From positions 2,975-66,974 of the forward strand of contig JAJYYI010000042.1 of assembly GCA_021801125.1 (NCBI GenBank): 64,000 nucleotides of DNA, given 5' to 3'. Within the stretch, counting starts at the first letter, position 1, and every line of letters starts with the position of its first letter. The DNA comes from Deltaproteobacteria bacterium. GTDB taxonomy: Bacteria; Desulfobacterota; Binatia; Binatales; Binataceae. The notes beneath the pieces are model-generated. The model ran no database searches, was not told where the DNA came from, and worked only from the letters and a program-made list of their open reading frames with translations. The position numbers and the translations under genes are program-made. Below, piece after piece: positions 38,144-47,081 of the stretch.

Positions 38144-38791
38144 GTGAGCGTGCCGTTAGACCATCTCCGGAACTCTCGCGGCCAAGCTGCAAGCGCTTGC
38201 GCCGCCCGCGCCCTGTTATCCGCCGCACGCACGCTTTCGCGGCGCGCCCTGTTGAAGGCTGCGGTCTGTGCCGGGTTAGCGCTTAACCTAACTGACGCGG
38301 TGCGCGCTGACGACGTAGACGTCCGCGCCATGCGTCCCGAGGTGGGGGACGTTTTGGTTTTCGCCAACGAAGCTACCCCGCGCAAGATGATACGGGTACC
38401 GGACTTGCCCGTGGGCGGCGCACCGGTGTTCGCCTGGCCGATGGACCCCAGGACAGGCATCGTTCGCGACGGCACGCGGCTCAATCGCCTGTTGGTGCTT
38501 CGCTTAGACCCGGCGAAGCTTTCCGCGGTGACCCGCGCTCATGCGGCTGACGGCGTCGTGGCTTACTCTGCCGTCTGCACGCACGAGGGATGTCCGGTGA
38601 CCGAGTGGTTAAGCCAACAGCGCGTGCTTCAGTGTCCGTGCCACGGCTCGCAGTACGACCCCGCCGATGTCGCGAACGTGGTCAAGGGCCCGACGCTTTA
38701 TCGGCTGGCCAACCTTCCGCTTCGGAAGGTGGATGGAGCACTGGTGGTGGCCGGCAAATTTATTGGCAGGCTTGGGGCCCAAGGAGCCTGA
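38144..38791 (+). CDS. Tat-exported Rieske [2Fe-2S] protein
   Basis: SRRALL twin-arginine signal; CTHEGC and CPCHGSQY ligands; GGAGG RBS before GTG 38144. Confidence 0.88.
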   Translation: MSVPLDHLRNSRGQAASACAARALLSAARTLSRRALLKAAVCAGLALNLTDAVRADDVDVRAMRPEVGDVLVFANEATPRKMIRVPDLPVGGAPVFAWPMDPRTGIVRDGTRLNRLLVLRLDPAKLSAVTRAHAADGVVAYSAVCTHEGCPVTEWLSQQRVLQCPCHGSQYDPADVANVVKGPTLYRLANLPLRKVDGALVVAGKFIGRLGAQGA

Positions 38792-38909
38792 CTTCTTACC
38801 TCGACTCATCCCTCACGACTAGTCCCTGAAAGGCCCGTTGGCGCGCTCGCTTTTGGTTTCGCACCAAGCCTGCGCATCCAAGATGAGCTCAAAGAGGGGG
38901 GACTAAACT

Positions 38910-40646
38910 ATGAGTCGAAACGCGCTTAGGCGCTTGGCGGCGCTGGCGGCGCTAGCCTGCGTCGGATTTTTCGCCTCATCCGCGGCCGCCGACAGCATCG
39001 AGAATTACCGCACGGTCTCGGATCAGCGCCTGCAGTCGCCCGAGCCGGAGAACTGGCTGATGATCCGGCGGACGTACAACGGATGGGGCTACAGTCCGTT
39101 GTCCCAGATCAATCGCGACAACGTCAAGAACCTCGTGCCGGTATGGCTGTTTTCCACCGGCGTTACCGAGGGGCATGAGTCTCCGCCGATCGTCAATAAC
39201 GGCGTGATGTTCATCTCCACTCCTCAAGCGCAAGTGATCGCCTTGGACGCGAAAAGCGGCAAGGAATTATGGCGCTACCGAAAGCAGCTTCCCGAAGATC
39301 TCTTCCAACTTCATCCCACCAACCGCGGCGTAGCCCTCTACGGCGACCGCGTATACGTGACGACCACCGACGCGCATCTGATCGCCCTGGAGGCGAAGAC
39401 CGGAAAGGTGGCTTGGGACCGCACCGTTTCGGACTATAAGAGCGGGTACTACATGACGTGCGCGCCCTTGATCGTAAAGGGTAAGGTGATCGTAGGCACC
39501 TCGGGTGGAGAGTATGGCGTGCGCGGCTTCGTGGCGGCCTTTGACGCGGCCAACGGAGAGCCGCTATGGAAGACTTTCACCATACCCGGGACGGGTGAGC
39601 CAGGCAACGAAACCTGGCCCGGTGATTCCTGGAAACACGGCGGAGCGCCGGCCTGGATGACCGGCAACTACGACCCGCAGCTCAATCTCGTTTACTGGGG
39701 CACGGGCAACCCCGGGCCCTGGCCGCCGAATGTGCGCAAGGGCGACAATTTGTACGCGACGTCCGTGCTCGCTATCGACCCTGAGACCGGAAAAATCAAA
39801 GCCTACCATCAGTACCAGTGGAACGACGCCTGGGACTGGGACGAGGTTCGCGCACCGTTAATCATCGATATCGATAAAGGCGGGCAGGTAGTCAAAGAGC
39901 TGGTGCACTCGGGGCGCGACGGCTATTTATGGCAATTCGAACGGCGGTCCGACAAGATCAGCTATCTGTCGGCGCAGCCTTTCGTTTACCAGAACGTCTT
40001 CACCAATCTCGATCCCGAAACCGGCCGTCCGCAGTATGATTCCAGGCGCATTTTCTCCAGCACCAGCAGCGCTTCTTTTTGCCCTTCGCTGTGGGGCGGC
40101 GACGACTGGGCGCTGGAAGCGTACAGCCCCAAGACCGGCTACTTGTACATTCCGGTCAACGAGAATCTTTGCAGCAAGCTCGAGGGCAAGCTCGGTCCTT
40201 ACGAAGCAGGGCAACTCTTCATCGGCGCCGACATCAGCAAGAACTTGGCCTACGTGCGGGAAGGTGCTGACCATATCGGGGAGCTGCAGGCCTGGGACCT
40301 GAAGAATAATCGCAAGGTTTGGACGCACGTTTTCCCCAAGTCACAGAACTTTGGCGGGATATTGGCCACCGGCGGGAACGTCATTTTCATGGGCGGCACC
40401 AACGACCGGATGTTTCGCGCATTTGACGCCGAGACCGGAGACGTGCTCTGGGAGCAGCCTACGAATTCCGGTGTGGTCGCGCCGCCGGCAGCCTACGAAG
40501 TGGACGGCGTCGAATACATTGCCGTGCAGTCCGGATGGGGCGTCGATCCGCAGCGCGTCCAGGACATCTTCAACAAAGATTATCCGCAGTACCGCGGCGT
40601 GGTTCCGCAGGGCGGCGTCGTGTGGGCGTTCGCGCTCAGGAAGTAA
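38910..40646 (+). CDS. PQQ-dependent dehydrogenase, methanol/ethanol family (8-blade propeller)
   Basis: Signal peptide; YSPLSQIN..NV..L..VW, NRGVA, GGEYGVRG, WGTGNPGP and WDWDE motifs; tryptophan-docking repeats. Confidence 0.92.
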   Translation: MSRNALRRLAALAALACVGFFASSAAADSIENYRTVSDQRLQSPEPENWLMIRRTYNGWGYSPLSQINRDNVKNLVPVWLFSTGVTEGHESPPIVNNGVMFISTPQAQVIALDAKSGKELWRYRKQLPEDLFQLHPTNRGVALYGDRVYVTTTDAHLIALEAKTGKVAWDRTVSDYKSGYYMTCAPLIVKGKVIVGTSGGEYGVRGFVAAFDAANGEPLWKTFTIPGTGEPGNETWPGDSWKHGGAPAWMTGNYDPQLNLVYWGTGNPGPWPPNVRKGDNLYATSVLAIDPETGKIKAYHQYQWNDAWDWDEVRAPLIIDIDKGGQVVKELVHSGRDGYLWQFERRSDKISYLSAQPFVYQNVFTNLDPETGRPQYDSRRIFSSTSSASFCPSLWGGDDWALEAYSPKTGYLYIPVNENLCSKLEGKLGPYEAGQLFIGADISKNLAYVREGADHIGELQAWDLKNNRKVWTHVFPKSQNFGGILATGGNVIFMGGTNDRMFRAFDAETGDVLWEQPTNSGVVAPPAAYEVDGVEYIAVQSGWGVDPQRVQDIFNKDYPQYRGVVPQGGVVWAFALRK

Positions 40647-40664
40647 CTGTAGGCGCGAATTTTC

Positions 40665-40706
40665 GCAGTCAGGGGCGTGTCGTCTGCGCGGCACGCCCCT
40701 GACTGC
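40665..40706 (+). terminator. Strong stem-loop after the PQQ dehydrogenase
   Basis: GCAGTCAGGGGCGTG...CACGCCCCTGACTGC, a perfect 15-bp inverted repeat with no U-tract. Confidence 0.55.
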
Positions 40707-40950
40707 CGCGGTTGAGGCGAAGGGAGGTCGCGCGCGGGTTGCATTAGCTTGCGTTCGCCGCACTTCTTTGGCCTCGCGTATCGAAAAACGTTCGCTGCTC
40801 CAGCTGTCGAGCCGAGCGAACGTTTTTGACTTGTCGCTAAAGTTCACAAACAATCTTTCTTTAGTTGCACACTACACGGCCGGCGTCCGGAAGCGGCGAG
40901 CATGCGCCGGACGAGCAGCTGTTAGCGCAAGGAAGGCGAGAGGAGCGACT

Positions 40951-41349
40951 ATGGCTAGCGAGCTGTTTGAAAACGGGCTTAAAGTTCGTCGGGAGGTCTT
41001 GGGAGCGGAGCATGTCGATCGCTCGCTGGCTGCCGCCGACGACTTCTCGCGTCCACTCCAGGAGCTGATTACCGAGTATTGTTGGGGAAAAGTCTGGAAC
41101 CGGCCGGGCTTGCCGCGACGCACCAGGAGCATGCTTAACCTGGTGATGTTGACCGCGCTCAACCGGCCGCACGAACTCAAGCTCCATATAAGAGGCGCGC
41201 TCAACAACGGTGTAACCAAAGACGAGATCAAAGAGGTTTTCCTGCAGGCCGCGATATACTGCGGCGTGCCGGCGGCGGTCGAGAGCTTCAGAATCGCTCG
41301 AGAAGTTTTTGCCGAGGACGAACCGAAAACCCGCGTCGAGAAAAAGTAG
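40951..41349 (+). CDS. Carboxymuconolactone decarboxylase family protein
   Basis: GLKVRREVLG..HVD, EYCWG..W.RPGL..RTRS, ELKLH..GALNNG and YCGVPA motifs; AGGAG RBS. Confidence 0.9.
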   Translation: MASELFENGLKVRREVLGAEHVDRSLAAADDFSRPLQELITEYCWGKVWNRPGLPRRTRSMLNLVMLTALNRPHELKLHIRGALNNGVTKDEIKEVFLQAAIYCGVPAAVESFRIAREVFAEDEPKTRVEKK

Positions 41350-41431
41350 GGCCGCGGTTTCGTTTTCGCACGACAACGTTGTCCGGTCGGAGGACGCCGG
41401 AAGGCGTTTCGGCTGGTTTAGGCGAGCAGCC

Positions 41432-42244
41432 ATGGAAGACTCATACGAGCTTTTCGCGATTCGTTTCGCCACGATGGAGCGGACAGCGGCGGAGAACTTT
41501 CTTGACGGCGATCCGCATAACGGACCGATGCCGATGGACTATTTCGTTTGGGCGGCGATCGGCAGGCGGCGCACCTACGTGATCGACACCGGGTACAAGC
41601 AAACCGTCGCGGCCAAACGTGGACGCACGTTTTTGCGATGCCCGGTGCAGACTCTGCGCGAGATCGGCATCGATCCCGCTTCGCAGACCGACGTAATCTT
41701 GACCCATATGCATTACGACCATGCGGGCAATTTCGACCTGTTTCCCAACGCACGTTTCCATCTTCAGGATGCCGAGATGGCGTTTGCGACCGGCCGCTAC
41801 ATGAGCCATCGAGCGATCGGCGGCGTGTACGAGGTCGATGACGTCGTCGGTCTGGTGCGCGCGGTTTTTGACGGCCGCGTAAAATTTCACGCGGGAGATG
41901 TCGAGCTCGCCCCGGGCTTGAGCCTGCATCATCTCGGAGGTCATACCATGGGTCTTCAGGCCGTGCGCGTGAGAACCGCCCGCGGATGGGTCGTGGTCGC
42001 CTCCGATGCCAGCCATTACTTTGCGAACATGGAGCAGGGGCGCCCGTTTCCCTTGGTTTTTGACGTTGGAAAAATGTTCGATGGGTTCGCGAGGCTCAGG
42101 AATCTGGCTGACTCGCCGGAACACATCGTGCCCGGCCATGACCCCCTGGTACGCCAGCTCTATCCGCCGGTGGGCGAGCGGTTGCGCGACATTATCGTGC
42201 GGCTCGACGCGCAACCCGCAAGCAGACCGCGGACTGACCGGTGA
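41432..42244 (+). CDS. N-acyl homoserine lactonase-like metallo-beta-lactamase
   Basis: IDTG, THMHYDHAG, GGHT.G.Q, ASDA.H and PGHDP motifs. Confidence 0.88.
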   Translation: MEDSYELFAIRFATMERTAAENFLDGDPHNGPMPMDYFVWAAIGRRRTYVIDTGYKQTVAAKRGRTFLRCPVQTLREIGIDPASQTDVILTHMHYDHAGNFDLFPNARFHLQDAEMAFATGRYMSHRAIGGVYEVDDVVGLVRAVFDGRVKFHAGDVELAPGLSLHHLGGHTMGLQAVRVRTARGWVVVASDASHYFANMEQGRPFPLVFDVGKMFDGFARLRNLADSPEHIVPGHDPLVRQLYPPVGERLRDIIVRLDAQPASRPRTDR

Positions 42245-42330
42245 CGTACTTGTCCGGTATAAAGGTCGGAGCGAGCGAAGCGATAATTTGCTATCGCTTG
42301 ATCAACGCCTTTTCGCCAGGCTGAAATAAC

Positions 42331-43263
42331 GTGACCGCCCTAGATACGCTGAACGCCATATCGCCACAAGCCGACGCTATCTCGCGGCTGTTTGTCGGCG
42401 TGCTGACTGTCCTCGGCCTCATCTTCGCTGTCGTGGCCGTGCTCGTGACGTTTGCCGTGTTGCGTTACCGAGAAAAGCCGGGAGTGCAGCTTCCTAGGCA
42501 AATCTACGGGTCGCATCGCCTGGAGCTCACCTGGACCGCGATTCCCATCTTGCTGCTCGTCGGGATTTTCGTTTTCACGGTGAAAGTGATGCACGCCGCG
42601 CGACCTCCGGAGGACGTTCGCGCGCCGGACATTCTCGTAGTGGGCCATCAGTGGTGGTGGGAGGTGAATTATCTTAAGTCCGGGATCGTCACAGCCAACG
42701 AGCTTCATATTCCGGTCGGGCAACGTCTGCTAATCCGGCTCGAGTCGGCGGACGTGATCCACGACTTCTGGGTGCCTCGTTTGGGCCCCAAGCTCGACGC
42801 GATTCCTGGACATCCGGGTTATCTGTGGCTTGAGGCGGATCAGGCAGGGACTTATAGAGGCGCCTGCGCCGAGTTTTGCGGCGCCGAGCATGCCTGGATG
42901 CGGCTTGAGGTGATAGCTCAGCCGCAGGATGAGTTCGCTGCCTGGGAACAGGCGCAACTAGCGGTTCCGGCGGCGCCCACGTCTGCGCAGGCGCTCGCCG
43001 GCATGAAGCTGTTCGCGGAACGTACGTGCGTTAATTGCCATCGGCTTGCGGGCACGTCCGCCGACCAGCGCGTCGGGCCCGATCTGACTCATCTTGCCGA
43101 CCGGCGATTTCTCGCCGGTGGCGCCGCGTTGAACACGCCGTCGAATCTGGCGCAGTGGCTCAAGGACCCGAACAGCATCAAGCCCGACAGCCGAATGCCG
43201 AATTTTCAGTTCAGCGACGCCGAAGTCGCGGCGCTGGTCGCGTATTTGGAGAGCACCAAATGA
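42331..43263 (+). CDS. coxB: Cytochrome c oxidase subunit II with fused cytochrome c (caa3)
   Basis: Two TMs, GHQWWW, DVIHDFW, CAEFCGAEHAWM (CuA) and C-terminal CVNCH. Confidence 0.95.
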   Translation: MTALDTLNAISPQADAISRLFVGVLTVLGLIFAVVAVLVTFAVLRYREKPGVQLPRQIYGSHRLELTWTAIPILLLVGIFVFTVKVMHAARPPEDVRAPDILVVGHQWWWEVNYLKSGIVTANELHIPVGQRLLIRLESADVIHDFWVPRLGPKLDAIPGHPGYLWLEADQAGTYRGACAEFCGAEHAWMRLEVIAQPQDEFAAWEQAQLAVPAAPTSAQALAGMKLFAERTCVNCHRLAGTSADQRVGPDLTHLADRRFLAGGAALNTPSNLAQWLKDPNSIKPDSRMPNFQFSDAEVAALVAYLESTK

Positions 43264-44939
43264 AAGGCCATGAGTTGACCGGAGGCGGAATCGGCGCAGC
43301 CGTCGCCGATGAGCACGCCGCCTGGGCTCCCCACGAAAGCTTGCTTGGATGGGTCGCCTCGGTCGATCACAAGCAGATCGGCATCATGTACATGGTCGCC
43401 GCGATGGTCTTTTTCGCGCTGGGTGGGATCGAGGCTCTGCTGCTGCGCATCCAGCTTGCGGTGCCGCACAACAACTTTCTTTCGCCGGAAACTTTCAACG
43501 AGCTTTTCACGATGCACGGCACGACCATGATTTTTTTGGTCGCGATGCCGCTGCTGACCGGCTTTACGGTTTACGCTGTGCCGCTGATGATCGGCGCGCG
43601 AGACATGGCTTTTCCGCGCCTTAATGCGTTGAGTTTCTGGCTTCAAGTATTCGGCGGCGTGATGCTCTACTTCAGCTTTTTCACGCACGGCGCGCCGAAC
43701 GCGGGATGGTTCAGCTACGCGCCGCTGAGCGAGAACGCCTATTCCTTCGGGAGCGGTCAGGATTACTGGATATTGAGCCTGCTAGTGATGGGGATTGGAA
43801 CCGTCGCGGGCGCGATCAACGTGATCGTCACCGTGGCGACGCTGCGCGTGCCCGGAATGACCATGCGGCGCTTGCCGCTATTCGTCTGGATGACCTTCGT
43901 CAATTCGTTCCTGATGCTGATGGCCTTGCCCGTGCTCAATGCGGCGATTGTGATGCTGCTGATCGACCGCTTGCTGCACGCGCATTTCTTCACGCCGGCC
44001 AGCGGCGGATCCGCTCTTCTCTGGCAGCATTACTTCTGGGGCTTCGGTCATCCCGAGGTGTATATTGTAATTCTTCCCGCCTTCGGCATCATTTCCGAGA
44101 TCATACCGGTCTTCTCGCGCAAGCCGATCTTCGGCCACGAATTCGTGGCCGCCTCGACGGTGGCGATCGCTTTCCTTAGCTTCGCAGTGTGGGCCCATCA
44201 CATGTTCGCGGTTGGCTTAAGCCCGGTCGCCAACCTGTTTTTTGCGGTCACGAGCATGTCGATAGCGGTGCCGACGGGCGTCAAGATCTTCAACTGGACG
44301 GCCACCCTGTACGGCGGTCAACTCAGATTTACGACCGCGATGAAGTTCGCGGTTGCCTTCCTGCTGATGTTCACGGTCGGCGGGCTGTCAGGAGTGAGCT
44401 TTGCGGTGGTGCCGATCGACTGGCAGTTGACCGACACATACTACCTTGTAGCTCACCTCCATTACGTCTTCTTCGGCGGAACCGTGCTCGCGGCGTTCGC
44501 CGGTACGTACTATTGGTTCCCCAAGCTGACGGGCCGTATACTTTCGGAACGACTCGGCACGTGGCACTTCTGGCTGACCATCATCGGGCTCAACCTGACC
44601 TTTTTCGTTCAGCACCTGCTCGGGATGATGGGGATGCCGCGGCGCGTGTTTACCTATCCGGATCTGCCGTATTGGGGAGGCTTGAATATGGTCTCGACGA
44701 TTGGCGCGTTCGTGTTGTTGTTTGCTGTGGCGATCTTCCTGTGGAACCTGCGCGTCAGCTTTGCCCACGGCGAGGAAGCCGGCGACAATCCGTGGGACGC
44801 CTGGACCCTTGAATGGGCGACTACCTCTCCGCCTCCGGTCGACAACTTCACGCGCGTGCCGCCGGTTCGCGGGCGCCGCCCGCTGTGGGATTTGGCCCAT
44901 CCGGAATTGGCCGATGAGCTTCAAAGAAAGGCGCAGTGA
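43260..44939 (+). CDS. ctaD: Cytochrome c oxidase subunit I (type A1)
   Basis: DHKQIG, TMHGTTM, GHPEVY, VWAHHM, AHLHYV and GMPRR motifs; ATG overlaps the coxB stop. Confidence 0.96.
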   Translation: MKGHELTGGGIGAAVADEHAAWAPHESLLGWVASVDHKQIGIMYMVAAMVFFALGGIEALLLRIQLAVPHNNFLSPETFNELFTMHGTTMIFLVAMPLLTGFTVYAVPLMIGARDMAFPRLNALSFWLQVFGGVMLYFSFFTHGAPNAGWFSYAPLSENAYSFGSGQDYWILSLLVMGIGTVAGAINVIVTVATLRVPGMTMRRLPLFVWMTFVNSFLMLMALPVLNAAIVMLLIDRLLHAHFFTPASGGSALLWQHYFWGFGHPEVYIVILPAFGIISEIIPVFSRKPIFGHEFVAASTVAIAFLSFAVWAHHMFAVGLSPVANLFFAVTSMSIAVPTGVKIFNWTATLYGGQLRFTTAMKFAVAFLLMFTVGGLSGVSFAVVPIDWQLTDTYYLVAHLHYVFFGGTVLAAFAGTYYWFPKLTGRILSERLGTWHFWLTIIGLNLTFFVQHLLGMMGMPRRVFTYPDLPYWGGLNMVSTIGAFVLLFAVAIFLWNLRVSFAHGEEAGDNPWDAWTLEWATTSPPPVDNFTRVPPVRGRRPLWDLAHPELADELQRKAQ

Positions 44940-44948
44940 GCAAACGCG

Positions 44949-45503
44949 ATGTTGTCCAGGGGCAAGCTCGCGATGATCCTGTTTATCGTCTCCGAGGCGA
45001 ACTTCTTCGCGCTGTTGGTGATCGCCTACGTCTACTATCACGCGATGGATAGCAGCGGCTCGACCGGAGCCGGCGCGCTTGACGTGGTGACGACCGGCCT
45101 TTATTCGATCTGCTTGTTTGCCAGCAGCGCGACGTTGTGGGCCGCCGATTTAAGTTTGCGCCGCAAGCAATACCAGAACCTCTCGCTGTGGCTTTTAGCG
45201 ACGATTGCTCTTGGCGCGATTTTCCTTTTCGGGCAAGGGCGAGAGTATGCGCGGCTTTTTGCCAGCGGCATAACGATCAGCCGCGATCTTTTCGGCACCA
45301 CGTTAGTCACCCTTACGGGATTTCACGGATTGCATGTTTTTCTCGGTCTGTGCGGCTTAACCACGCTCGCTGGTCTCGCCTTGAGGGGACGAATCCGCGA
45401 GCGCGAGGCGCAGGCGGTCGAGGCGGTCGGACTTTATTGGCACTTTGTCGACGCGGTGTGGGTGGTGATTTTCGGCGTCGTCTACCTGGGTTCGGTGCTT
45501 TAA
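44949..45503 (+). CDS. Heme-copper oxidase subunit III (short)
   Basis: FIVSE..FF, TGFHGLHV and YWHFVD.VW motifs. Confidence 0.92.
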   Translation: MLSRGKLAMILFIVSEANFFALLVIAYVYYHAMDSSGSTGAGALDVVTTGLYSICLFASSATLWAADLSLRRKQYQNLSLWLLATIALGAIFLFGQGREYARLFASGITISRDLFGTTLVTLTGFHGLHVFLGLCGLTTLAGLALRGRIREREAQAVEAVGLYWHFVDAVWVVIFGVVYLGSVL

Positions 45504-45506
45504 GGC

Positions 45507-46304
45507 ATGGAAAAGCTTTTGGCAACGTGGGACCTCGAGCCTACGGTCATCGCCGGCGGCGTCTTGCTGCTTGCCGCCTACCTGCTGTGTCATCCTTGGC
45601 GCGGCTGGCGCGCGGCGGCGTTCGTTGCGGGAGACCTGATGCTTGTGCTCGCGCTGATCTCGCCGCTTGACGTGCTGGCCGACAACTACCTTTTTAGTGC
45701 GCACATGGTGCAGCATCTGATCCTTGTGCTCGGCGTTCCACCGTTATTGCTGTTGGGGCTCTCGCAGCATGTTGCCGCGCGCGTCGTCAGTGTGCCGGCG
45801 CTGGGCAGGGCGGAGCGTTACTTGAGTAACCCAATAGTGGCGTGGGGCTTTTTCACCTTTACGCTTTGGGTGTGGCATCTTCCGCTGCTTTACGACGCCA
45901 CTCTCGCGAGCGAATCGGTTCACGTGTTCGAGCATCTGACCTTTCTACTCAGCGCGACGATTTTCTGGTGGCTGATCTACTCACCGCTCGAGCGCTTGCG
46001 CTTGGGCTCGGCAAGCGCCATCGCGTACCTTTTCACGGCGGCGCTTTCCAATAGTTTGTTGGGGATTCTTCTGACCTTCGCCCGTCCCGGCCTTTACGCC
46101 CCATATTTGAACCCGGTGGATCGCTATGGGCTGGCTTCGCTGCTGCGCAACTCGTTGGCTCTCGATCCGGCGACCGATCAGCAACTAGGCGGCCTTATTA
46201 TGTGGGTGGTGGGCGCCCTGGTTTTTCTCGCAGCTATATTGGGCGTCGTGAGCCGATGGCAGCACTCCGCTGAACCCGAGGAATCGTGGAGCGCAACCGG
46301 ATGA
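45507..46304 (+). CDS. ctaG: caa3-type oxidase assembly protein CtaG
   Basis: SPLD, FSAHMVQH, WHLP, HVFEH and DQQLGGLIMW motifs. Confidence 0.88.
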   Translation: MEKLLATWDLEPTVIAGGVLLLAAYLLCHPWRGWRAAAFVAGDLMLVLALISPLDVLADNYLFSAHMVQHLILVLGVPPLLLLGLSQHVAARVVSVPALGRAERYLSNPIVAWGFFTFTLWVWHLPLLYDATLASESVHVFEHLTFLLSATIFWWLIYSPLERLRLGSASAIAYLFTAALSNSLLGILLTFARPGLYAPYLNPVDRYGLASLLRNSLALDPATDQQLGGLIMWVVGALVFLAAILGVVSRWQHSAEPEESWSATG

Positions 46305-46531
46305 GCGAACATGAACTTAACGGCACGGCCGAAAGCAAAACGGCTGACGGATGGACTGCCCCTGTGCCGCAGGAGATTCCGCCCCCGAGCTATTCGCCGG
46401 CGATGCTGGCGATGGGGATTACGCTGGCGCTGTGGGGAATCGTGACGGCATGGCCGGTTTGGACGGTTGGGTTAGCGTTGACCCTGCTGTCGCTGCGTAG
46501 ATGGCTCGGAGAATTGATTCATGGTGAATGA
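46301..46531 (+). CDS. Small two-TM protein (oxidase subunit IV-like)
   Basis: IPPPSYSP, two TM helices, then W..E; overlaps both neighbours. Confidence 0.65.
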   Translation: MSEHELNGTAESKTADGWTAPVPQEIPPPSYSPAMLAMGITLALWGIVTAWPVWTVGLALTLLSLRRWLGELIHGE

Positions 46532-47057
46532 GATCGGAAGCGTTTCTCAGACCGGCGAGCAGCTAAGCCCGGAACGCCGCGCGTTTCTCGCCCGATTGAG
46601 CATCGTGCTGGCAAGCGTAAGCGCCCTTATCGTAGCGATTCCGGTGGTGGGCTTTATCCTGGGGCCGCTGTTCGAAAAATTGCCTCGGGTGTGGCGCAGA
46701 GTGGGAGCGTTGGATGACTTCAAAGTAGGGGAGACGGTAAAGGTGGACTTCGTTGACCCGTCGCCCCTGGCGTGGGCTGGCGTGACCGCGGAGACCGCCG
46801 CCTGGTTAAGGCGTACGGATCAAAACACGTTCATCGCGTTTAGCTTGCACTGCACACACCTGGGATGTCCGGTGAGATGGATTGACACGGCGGATCTGTT
46901 TCTATGCCCGTGCCATGGCGGGGTCTTTTACGCGGACGGCCGCGTCGCGGCGGGCCCTCCGCCGCGTCCGCTTCCGCGCCTTCCGGTGCGGGTGCGCGGT
47001 GGGCAAGTGGAAATTTTGGCCAGTGCCGTGCCGCTCTCGGGCTGGTCCTCACGATAG
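46521..47057 (+). CDS. Rieske iron-sulfur subunit of a cytochrome bc complex
   Basis: ERRAFL Tat anchor; CTHLGC, CPCHGG and GPPPRPL motifs. Confidence 0.92.
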   Translation: MVNEIGSVSQTGEQLSPERRAFLARLSIVLASVSALIVAIPVVGFILGPLFEKLPRVWRRVGALDDFKVGETVKVDFVDPSPLAWAGVTAETAAWLRRTDQNTFIAFSLHCTHLGCPVRWIDTADLFLCPCHGGVFYADGRVAAGPPPRPLPRLPVRVRGGQVEILASAVPLSGWSSR

Positions 47058-47081
47058 AGTGCCGTGGCCGCGATTGGAGCA

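Noticed and set aside
38792-40950. pqqA precursor peptide near the PQQ dehydrogenase
   Set aside because: No small ORF with an RBS and ExxxY motif was seen in the flanking intergenic gaps.
40351-40950. N-terminal extension of the CMD ORF given in the ORF track
   Set aside because: It overlaps the PQQ gene and crosses a hairpin and candidate promoter; the real start is ATG 40951 with an AGGAG RBS.
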